Below are positions 53,760 to 64,000 of a stretch of DNA of 64,000 bases, in pieces. Origin of the DNA: Octopus sinensis. Its lineage: Eukaryota. Below the pieces are notes generated by a model, which worked only from the letters and a program-made list of their open reading frames with translations, made no database searches and had not been told where the DNA came from. The first letter of the stretch is position 1, and each line of letters begins with the position of its first letter. Where the stretch lies: the NCBI RefSeq assembly GCF_006345805.1, contig NC_043005.1:52638001-52702000 (forward strand), read 5' to 3'. The position numbers were made by a program, and so were the translations under genes.

Positions 53760-54130
53760 TTTGTCTCTGGAGACAATGGAATTGCGCATAAACTAATCCA
53801 GTCTGATTTTTACATTTCGTGTCCTCTCCAGTTTCGCGCCAGCCTGGGCTATATGTAAGAAAATCCTGGGTAGCCCAATCGTCAGCATTCCTCTCTCGAC
53901 CTTGCTGACATAGTCTAAAGGGGTGCAAAGCATTACGTTTGGCACCAGCATGGTTGCAGGAGCTGCCGGAAGAGTGTCGAGTCGAACACTAAACCGCCTT
54001 CGGGGCTCCACTCCGGATTTCTTTGAAAGTTGTCGCCTTTCCGTAACCCTGGATAGGGGCCCATACCGGGTACTATCAGCCGGAGCCAGCTAATCCCGGG
54101 ACTCATGTCAGGTAGGGTCGTCACTCCCTG
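53760..54130 (-). mobile_element. Isolated GC-rich 5' region of an RTE-like LINE
   Basis: ccggagtggagccccgaaggcgg...cttccggcagctcctgcaaccatgctggtgccaaacgta...gagaggaatgctgacgattgggc resembles the conserved RTE 5' leader (from memory). Ends in (caa)n. No EN or RT follows. Confidence 0.55.
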
Positions 54131-55031
54131 AAGTAGTGAAGAAAATCGCTTCCCACTACCTACAGAAGGTCAAGTAAATACATATAAACTTCCTTCTTTA
54201 CTCATGTGCAGCGCTTATTTTACTTTAGCGAAGCAGTTTGCTGCTGTTTTAGTAGTTATTGTGTAAACTCATTTCTATTTCAATGGCTTCTGAAATGGAA
54301 CATAAATAGATTATCAATAAAGTCTGTGAGAGTTTGACGAATATTCTTAGTAATACTTTTACCGTAATTATTTCCTTATTTAACGTCCCGTTTCTATAGA
54401 AACTTATGATATTTTGGTACATACAGCTGCCATTTTGGAATAAAATTAGAACTATTATCTATTTTTGAAATATTTCTTTCATGGAACGTTGATGTATTAG
54501 ACCAAGTGGTAAGTTTGTGTAGCAGAGACAGAGATGTGACATCAAGTATTACGTGAAATTAGCGTAGTTCAATTGTGTTGGAAATGATCTCCCTGTATTG
54601 TGAAGTGTATATGTATATGCATGTGTGTATTTATGAGTGCGAGTAATTTTGTGTGTATGCGTATTTGTGCGTATGCATTGACATGTCTATTTACGCTGCC
54701 TCCCTCACAATATTGTGGTAGTAATCTATAACATTTATGCTGTTCGTATAAAAACACGCGAGGCACGGGGACAAACTTACATTTTGTATTTTAACGGTTA
54801 GAGAAACAACTCTGAGTGAGTCATTCTGATAGCGACAACGGAATAACTATATGAAATCTTTCAGTGGTTTAAATGCGAAAGTCTCAGATATCTAAGTCGT
54901 GAAAAAGCGTCAGTAGAAGAACACGCAGGACTCATGACCTGCATGCGGTCTGCTCCCCGCTAATTCTTAGACCGTAAGAAGTCCAGGGCCAAAACTTTTG
55001 CATAATGGCGGATTTTCTCTCTGAAGACACA

Positions 55032-55111
<80 letters not shown>

Positions 55112-55230
55112 TATATATATGTATATATATTGGCGGAGGCGTGGCACCTTAGGCAAGTGTCTTCTACTATAGCCTCAGGCCGACTAAAGCCTTGTGAGTG
55201 GATATTGAAAGAAGTCCGTCGTATACATAT

Positions 55231-55279
<49 letters not shown>

Positions 55280-55699
55280 CCCTTTTTCCATATGAACCCT
55301 TTTGATTCGTATTTTGCCTTACTGCACCGTCAGAACCATAAAATTTTGGGGAAAAAAGATCCTACTATATTTTTATAATTAAATAATATTAGCATTTGTA
55401 TAAAAACAGATTATTAAAATATTTTGGGTATAGTAGAAATATAATCAATTTATTGCACATAAACTTTAACAACAAAATCTTATGTGGACCTCCAAGCGTC
55501 ATGTGAACCTCAATTGAGGTCCACTATATTAGCGATTAAGTGCCCATTCAGAAGTCTTATCCCGTTAGCTTGAAGTAAAATAAGGGGTGTTACTTTAGTT
55601 CATTGGTAGTGAACAGCTCACACTGTAATAGATCTCCAACGTTAGAAGCTGTGCAGACAACAACAACAACAACAATAATAATAATAATAATAATTATTA

Positions 55700-55743
<44 letters not shown>

Positions 55744-55811
55744 TATTATTATTAGAAGAAGAAGAAGAAGAAGAAGAAGAAGAAGAAGAAGAAGAAGAAG
55801 AAGAAGAAGAT

Positions 55812-55974
55812 GTAAAAACAACATCCAACCATGAATTTATTTATTTCTTAATTTTTTAATACATATTTTATCTGTGAATTTGCGTGTGTAATCTGGGAAT
55901 GCATACAATGAGCTAGGTGTATGGAAAACACTCGGCGAGAAACGGAAGAAAATTTGAAGAAAGAAGGAAAAAAC

Positions 55975-56019
<45 letters not shown>

Positions 56020-56576
56020 TGCCCTGATGCAGTACCAAGCAGTGGCTCTCGTGGCTTCTGATCTTAACTGATTGGAGATGTTATCATGTACATTGCTTTG
56101 TCTTGGTATAAAATGATGGGCTACAGCAAATATTCTACTCAATACCACAGATTTGCTTGTCAGTTGTTTGACCTTAACCAGTTGAGCATGTCCCTTAGTG
56201 GCTGACGATATGTGCATCTCTGATCACAAGCAGAAGTAGTGGTGGAGCATCATAGCCATGTGTTGAGAGGGATTCTTTGGGGTTTGAATAATTCACCTCT
56301 GGAAAAATGGGTGTTTTGTTCAACATCCTTAAACAACCTTTATTCAAGGACCTTTTGAGCGGGATAGGTTACTCGACCAGAGGAAAATTCTAACTAGGCC
56401 CCCACCTGCAAGGTCATGTACTGTTTATCTTGATATGAGATCACTATGTTGCACACATATGGTTGTGATGCATGTGCCTGGTGTACCCTTATCAGACGAG
56501 TAGTTATGACGGGTGCACTGGGTTTCGTATATTTTACCCCAGTTTTACTTTGATGGCATGCACTGCTCTCTCACTC

Positions 56577-56580
<4 letters not shown>
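55812..56580 (+). repeat. R4-like 3' UTR + (TAA)n + ~550-bp repeat + (AAT)n (composite, copy 2)
   Basis: Colinear with 835-1630. Confidence 0.85.
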
Positions 56581-56623
<43 letters not shown>

Positions 56624-56887
56624 GAAGAAGAAGAAGAAGAAGAATACGCATGATGTTTACTATATTTCTAATACTTATATCTTTAATCTTACGTGCATAC
56701 ATACATATATACGTACATACATTAATATATATATATGTATGTATATGCATATTTACACATTCACACGCGCACATATATATATACACACATATTTATATAT
56801 ATACATATATATTTTTATATATATGGTAACACATATGTTTATATAAATATATGTGTGTGCGTTTATCCAAATACACACACAAACGCG

Positions 56888-56932
<45 letters not shown>

Positions 56933-56984
56933 AATGTATATACATATATTGCATTTTAAGAAATGTTTATAATTCGTAGCCTCC

Positions 56985-57100
56985 AAGTATAACTTTAATC
57001 CCAAGTTTCTGACGCTCTTTGCTGTCGGTAAAATAGACCTAAAGAGATTAGAATCCATAAACATTTCAACTTAATAGCCACACTCCGTGCTTAACGTATT
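56985..57100 (-). mobile_element. Tiny CR1/L2-like RT C-terminal fragment
   Basis: ILPTAKSVRNLGLKL resembles the ..VRNLGV.LD motif. Confidence 0.3.
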
Positions 57101-57233
57101 CAGTCTCACGGCTTTATATAACCTAGTTTAATTCCTCTCTCTTCTCTCTTTGTCTTCCGGCTGAAGAAGATTATGGTTGTGTTTTGTATACAGCCAGCTA
57201 CCGGAAACACGGTAGCGCCATGCGACTATATAC

Positions 57234-57277
<44 letters not shown>

Positions 57278-57859
57278 TTGTGTTGTTTCAAGGTTTGCCA
57301 GTCAGTATAAACACACTGACTTATATTGCTATGAGCTTCCTCCTAAGATCATCTCCAGACTAGTAGAGGACAATGTGTAATTGTTACATTTTAAAGTATG
57401 TATTTATATGTATACATATATCAAATTAGGTGTATATATGTCTATGTCTATATATATCAAATCATACACACACACACACACACACACATACGCACTCAAG
57501 CATACGTTATATATATATATACTATATAGGTATTTATATGCATATACATACATATATAAATATATATACATATATATACACCCACACACATATATATGCA
57601 CGAATATACACACACACACATTCATAAAAACCAATATATTCTTCATTCTTCAGCTCAGTTATTAGTCATTTGACTGTGACCATGCTGGAGCACAGTCTAC
57701 CATATTTAATCCAGGTCTAAACCGGTCTTTCTCCCTCTCTCCGTCTGTCTGTCTCTCTCTCTCTCTAAATATAATATATTATATTATATCATGTAGACGA
57801 ATCCTCCGTGTGACAGAGGAAATGCTTTCCCTAGAAATCTTAAAAAGCTCCTTACTGAT

Positions 57860-58075
57860 ACATTTAAACTCATAAGGGCCGTTTTCCCGGGTTTTTGTGA
57901 TGTATAAACTTCCCGCCAGTCTGTCGCAGTATTACTCATTTTTGCCAGCTGAGTGGAATGGATCAGCGTGAATTGAAGTGTTTTGTTCAAGAACATAGCG
58001 CATCACCCAGAATCAGGAATCGAAACTGCAATCTTACAATCATGAGTCCCAAACCCAAACAACTAAGTCACGAGC
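57860..58075 (-). mobile_element. SINE family C, diverged
   Basis: Homologous to 19865-20095. Confidence 0.7.
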
Positions 58076-58375
58076 CATCAAACCGAAAAACTCAACGTAA
58101 TGCAAAATCCTATTTCGTGAAATCAAGTTTACCCTGTGGTAAGAAGCTTGCTGCCCAACGACATGTTTCGTTTTATTTTCAATTGGGGTTACTGCACTTT
58201 CTCACCCTATTCTTAATATCGTTGTTGGTTATTCAGGAGTTGTTTTGTTGGTATTGATATTGGCGGTGGTTGCATTTGCATTTGTTTTAGTGTTCATGAT
58301 TGTTGTGCTAGTGTTGATGGATAGTGAAGGTAGTATAAGTTGTTCTCTCTTTCAGTCCCTCTCTCTCTCTCTCTC

Positions 58376-58415
<40 letters not shown>

Positions 58416-58617
58416 TATATACAGAGAGAGAGAAAAGTGAGGGAGAGTGAAAGATACATATATACTAGCAGAGATACCAGGTGTTGCTCGGGATTAAAAC
58501 AGCATTATATATATATATAGTTAATCCAAACATGAGAACACAAAGAGAAAACACAATGCGAGGACGTGGAACAAATATAGTATTATTGGACGTTCAGGAA
58601 GGAAGGGAAGAAGGAGG

Positions 58618-58652
58618 GTTTTACGTTTCGAGCGGAGCTCTTCGTCAGAAAC
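58618..58652 (-). ncRNA. Candidate ultra-minimal hammerhead ribozyme (35 nt) inside a ~190-bp repeat (58510-58700) ending at (TA)n
   Basis: Minus strand: gttt-CTGACGA-a-GAGC tcc GCTC-GAAAC-GTA-aaac. Confidence 0.6.
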
Positions 58653-58826
58653 ATAGGAAAAGGAAAGATACAGAGAAGGGAAGACGGAGGAAAAAAATCG
58701 CCAACGGTACACACGCGTCACCCACACACACACACACCACACACACACCACACACACACACACACCACACACCTATATATATATATATTATATATATATA
58801 TATATATAATATATATATATATATAC

Positions 58827-59226
58827 AAGGTTTGTATATGATTTGTTGTGTTAAGTACTGGTTATCACAAAAGTATTAAAATACAGTTGTACATTCTTTG
58901 ATAATGATAAGAAAATGTCAAAAACAACCTTCCACACTGTCCCTTAAAATAGCAAACATTCCTTAGCTGCACACAAGATAGAAAATGTCAGACAGACAGG
59001 TCATTTATTCCTTTCCAATCTTTTGTAAATTCTGAAATATATCTAAACAAACATGATTTTTATTGAACTAAAATTACTTATTGTTGTCCCGTTCTTGAAT
59101 ATTTTCTTAAATACTTTCTTGTAAACTGTTTTTAACATTTTCTTATCATTATCAAAGAATGTATAACTGTATTTTAATATTTTTGTGGCAACCAGTAATT
59201 AACACAGAAAATCATATACAAACCTT
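58827..59226. repeat. Fold-back element with ~105-bp arms, left end at (TA)n
   Basis: 58827-58930 pairs with 59125-59226. GAAAC-CG-GTC lies just outside, at 59263-59272. Confidence 0.8.
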
Positions 59227-59371
59227 TACATTTTACTTTTGACAATCTTTTTCTAAAATAGGGAAACCGGTCAAGTCAATAAACATCTCTAAAAGTCAGT
59301 TGCATTTTCAAACCTTCTTTCATATATATTTTCACTCGTGTGTTACCTTACAACTTTACTTTACTTTGTTT

Positions 59372-59408
<37 letters not shown>

Positions 59409-59581
59409 GTGTGTATGTGTATGTATATATATATATGTATATATGTGTATATATATATATATATATTATATTATATATATATGGTGGGGTGAAGTGCGTA
59501 GCCAGACGGACAGATAAAAAGACTGACTAAAGTATAGACAAACAGACATACATACATACACACAGACAGGCACGCACACAC

Positions 59582-59699
<118 letters not shown>

Positions 59700-60574
59700 A
59701 CAAACAGATGCACGTATATACATTTATAAGTGACTAATATATTCAGAACAAATACAATATTGCTAAGCATTTAAAAGAAAATATTCTTACAATAAATATC
59801 GTTTAGAATAATACGATGGCATGGCTAGACGGTCGTATTTCACCTGATATTCTGTTATAATTAATTTCTTCCATTCTCTTATTCGTGGTTCCTTTTTTTA
59901 TGAGCTATTAATATGGCATTTGTGATATCGAAATATCAGCTGTTGACTATTGATATTCATATAAATTGTATATTTTATTCTTATTGCCTTATTTTGTTGT
60001 CTTGAATGTTTAACAGTTCTTATAATTGTTTCGTTTACGTTGAAATCCAGTGAACCGGTGATTGGGCTATATTGGTAGAGAGAAGAGGAGATTTATATGA
60101 AATTATCATGTGAGGATTTAGACGCTGGCGTGGTCGTGTGGTAAGAAGCTAGTTTCCCATCCACATGTTTTCGGGTTCGTTCTCACAACGTGGCCACTTG
60201 ATTAAATGTTTACTACTATAACTTACGACAGTCTTGTGTGTGACTAGATTTGGTAAACGGAAACTGAAAGAAACTTATCAGATGTATGTATGTATGCATG
60301 CATGCATGCATGTATATATGTGTGTGTATGTGTGTAATTGAAAACGTAGAGAAGAGTGGGGATTTATTTACATCCAAAACTTTTTTATTCAGCAAGTTTT
60401 CTACATCGTATATAACAATGACTGCCATAATTCAGCATCTCTTTTATACACTTATATATATAATTAATAAATCTTAGGGTAGCAAAAAAAATTTTAGAAA
60501 AATTCTTTGCTACCAGTGGTCTAGCGAGAAGGAAAAATTAGTCAATAGACTATATATTATTCATAGAAAAATAC

Positions 60575-60801
60575 AGTGTACATTTAAACACATAAGAGAT
60601 GACCATAATAGGACATCTGACTCGCTAGAAAGAGCAGTTAAACTCCAAACCACTAATAGTTGTAATTCTGAAAAGGAATGAAACGTTTTTATTTCTCATT
60701 CCCTTTCAGAATTACAACTATTAGTGGTTTGGAGTTTAACTGCTCTTTCTAGTGAGTTAGATGTCCTATTATGGTCATCTCTTATGGTTTAAATGTACAC
60801 T
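60575..60801. repeat. Near-perfect palindrome with ~105-bp arms, right end at (TA)n
   Basis: 60575-60680 pairs with 60697-60801, with a very short spacer. Confidence 0.9.
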
Positions 60802-60804
60802 TTA

Positions 60805-60869
<65 letters not shown>

Positions 60870-60959
60870 TTAGATATGTTTCGATGAAAGATTGGTTTAG
60901 GCCATGTCTAACTTAATAGCACCACCTGATAGGATTATCTAAATCCTGTTTAAGTCAAG

Positions 60960-62290
60960 TTTTGTTTATGGTCCATTCAAGTAGGGAATTCTTGTTGAGT
61001 GAGTTGCATCCAGGTATGGGTGGCTTATCCAGGATTCCTTGAAGAAATCTGTCCAGACTCCGTTTAAAGTTGATGGGATCCTTTTCCTCTTTGATCTCTT
61101 TCGGGACAATGATAAACAGGGCAGGGCCTGTTGAAGAAAAGAAATTATGTTACAGTACCTATATGTACCTATATGCTGTGATCCTAAATTGGGCAGGGGA
61201 CTTATGGCCCATGGTCCCAGCCTTGAATGAACCTTGAAATTAATGTGCAGGTCGTTTGGGAAAAGTTGGCGGTATATTCTCCATATCGTTCAAATGATAT
61301 ACCGCCCGCGGCGGCGCTGGAGAGAGTAGAGTTTCAAGGCTTTAAGGCGGTCCCAATAATTGAGAGCAGTCATGCCTTCAATTCGTTTAGTGAATGCCCT
61401 CTGGGGTGATTCAATGCTCGAGATGCTTTGTCTTGTATGGGGAGATCACAGTGGGCAGCAATATTCTAGTTGTGGCCGTACAAAGGAGGAGAAAAGTGGT
61501 ATGATGATACCTTGTTCTCTGGACCGGAAGGTTCTTAAGATCCAGGAGCTCATCCTACGAGTTATATCGACCTTATTGTTGATGTGGGCACTCCAACTGA
61601 GATTGTCATCAACAAATACGCCCAGGTCTCTGATATTGTTAGAGACTGAGAGCGGTTACCCTGAAAGATGAGAGTATGGCTGTTTTAGTGTGGACTTTCT
61701 TCCAAAATGCATCAGCTCAAATTTTCCCTCGTTCAGCTGCATTTTGTTTTTGTCTGCCCATTGACTCACAACATATAGATCAAACTGGAGTTGAGTTCGG
61801 TCTGCTTCTTTATTGATGATTTGCTGGAACTTAGTGCCATCAGCAAATATTTTCACTTTGCAGTGATGTACGACACTGGAAAAGTCATTTATATAAATTA
61901 TAAAGAGGAGCGGGCCCAAGACAGTCCCCCGGGGACACTGCTGGTGACTTTTGCTGGGTTTGAGAGGACTCCATCGACTACAACATATTGTGTTCTATTC
62001 GCCAGGAAATACTTAATCCAGTGTAGAACTTTTCCACGGATTCCAACATTTGCCAATTTTGAGAGTAGAATATTATGGTCAACCCTGTCGAACGCTTTAC
62101 TGAAGGCAAGATATATGACATCAGAGTTCGAACCTGTCCCCAAGGCTTTAATAATATCTTCAATGTGGTCTAAGAGCTGTGTTAGAGAGTCCCTCCCACA
62201 GCGAAAACCATGCTGATTTGCATTTTGGAGTTTGTGGGTCTCCAGGAAGTCAGCTATCCTTGATCTTAACACTCTTTCAGACACTTTAAC
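60960..62290 (-). pseudogene. CR1-clade LINE reverse transcriptase and C-terminus, 5'-truncated, frameshifted
   Basis: NQHGFRCGRDSLTQLL...DVIYLAFSKAFDRVDH...SSVPGG/GPLLFIIYIND...KIFADGTK...RDLGVFVD.NLSW...VRPQLEYCCPLWSP. Confidence 0.92.
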
Positions 62291-62297
62291 GATATAT

Positions 62298-62328
<31 letters not shown>

Positions 62329-63186
62329 ATGTGTTGTGTGTGTGTGTATATGCATGTGTATATATGTGTATGTATATATTGTGTGCGTTTGTCTTTTTGT
62401 ATATTTGCCTGCCACGACTTGCCAACTGGTGTTTGCTTGTTACGAGTACCAGTCTTTGAAATAATAGTTGGAATCGGTTTGTTAGACGAAGTTTTTCAAA
62501 GCGGTGCCCCATTATGGCCGAAGTCCAATGACTGAAACAAGAAAAACCTAAAGATCGCAACAGCATATGATGGAACGTTGAGAAAGAGAAAGAGGACAGA
62601 AAGAAAGACGCCTCTCTTTACACAAAACAATGTTGAAGAGGGGAAAAGGATCAGGTAACACTTTGGCAAAGTCTCTGCGAAAGATATAAAGAGAAAGAAG
62701 AATTATCATAACAGATATGTAAGTGCCAACAGACCAAGTATCCTCCATCGTTGGAAGAATTTCTGAAAGAAAATTTTGGATATTTTATGCGAAGAAAGCT
62801 TCCTGGGAGGTAGGGGTTCACTGTAGATGAAAGCCATAAACTCGCCTGACATCGTATTATAATTAATTGTGTCTTTTACTCTCATCTGTGTTTTACTTGT
62901 TGTTTTACGAGCTATGAATATGGCAGCTGAGTTTCCGAAATATCAGTTGTTAACAATATTTATATGAATTATCTCCCGTACTGGCTTTGTATACTTATTC
63001 CAGAACCATACACATACACATACACATACATCAACACATACATACAAGCATATAGACATGTGCTCAATGATTAAATGACAAGTGAATAATAATAAGAAGA
63101 AATAACTAAATTATTAATCATTATATGAGATACAGTACTGACATTTCGCGTACCACCCAATTAAATAAACGCAATAATAGTAAGAG

Positions 63187-63218
<32 letters not shown>

Positions 63219-64000
63219 GAGAGACACCGGTGTAGGTGTCATTACATCTCCGTAGCCTAAATTATCAGTTCGGCAAAACAGGACAATTAAACAAGTACCA
63301 GACTTCAAAAACTAAGCACTGGGGTCGATTCATCGGCCTAAAAATTCTTCAATGTGATGCCCCAGCATGACCGCAGTCTAATGACTGAAACAAAGGAGCA
63401 AGTAAAGGATAAAAGATTCTATTAAGTTAATGAAGTAAATATCTACGCTCTAATGAATTAGCAATAATAAACAGGTGAGTTATTATTTGCATGTCGACGT
63501 ATTTTCATTTCGAATATATGAAGAATGCTTGGAAAGATCAGTTTCCTTTACAAATAGGAAGAATATATATATATGTATGTATGTATGTATATATATATAT
63601 ATATATTATATATATATATATGTGTGTGTGTGTGGTGTGTGTGTGTGTGTGTGTGAGCGCGTGTATGTTGAAAAAAGTACTGAAAAAAGTGGTATATACA
63701 ATTTCAATTTCAAAGAGACAAGCGATGTTGCACTGCGAATAAATCAAGGATTTATTCGCAAGCAAAGCGACTGATACATTTATGCGGAATCTCTGATAAC
63801 AACCGATATGAAAAAAAATCACAGGAGAAGTTACACTCTAGGAATAGGAATAGTAAAGGAAACATTTTGTGGTAGAACCCGGTATTTAATCATCTAGCAG
63901 TCAGAACTAACATAGCTGTGTAATTTGTTTAGTTTAATTGTTTCATTAGTTAAATCAAATGTCATAATGCTATAAAGCCGAATGAGAAAATGAAGCAAAC

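Noticed and set aside
57161-57220. CTGAAGA...GAAAC-ACG-GTA hammerhead-like string before (TA)n
   Set aside because: The base of stem II and stem I do not pair and the loop is not palindromic. At best a decayed copy.
58461-58497. Helitron-like terminus (tactagcagagataccaggtgttgctcggg)
   Set aside because: Under 40 bp, with no matching other end or hairpin found.

Overview
Eukaryotic, AT-rich, non-coding DNA dense in microsatellites and transposable elements. The SINE families and compound SSRs suggest a cephalopod, probably Octopus (inference from remembered repeat sequences, not a database hit). I found no convincing host exon, and almost all ORFs in the track are microsatellite translations. 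Recognisable decayed elements are: two R4/Dong-like RLE LINE fragments, Tx1, RTE and CR1 LINE fragments, a FLYWCH-MULE transposase pseudogene, Tc1/mariner remnants, MITEs, and dozens of tRNA-derived SINEs, some as head-to-tail multimers. The first stand-out signal is a dispersed set of minimal type-I hammerhead-ribozyme motifs (CUGANGA-stem II-GAAAC-[palindromic or absent loop]-GUH). They occur in several unrelated short repeat families that are often fold-backs and often abut (TA)n, including a 2.1-kb element with about 440-bp inverted repeats that each carry a motif facing outward. This fits non-autonomous Penelope-like or retrozyme-like elements. The second is a 2.2-kb ORF1-only (gag/zinc-knuckle, no RT) retroelement with its own 3' end, apparently inserted into a SINE head with a target-site duplication. 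Coordinates were read by eye and may be off by a few bases, or tens of bases at decayed ends.
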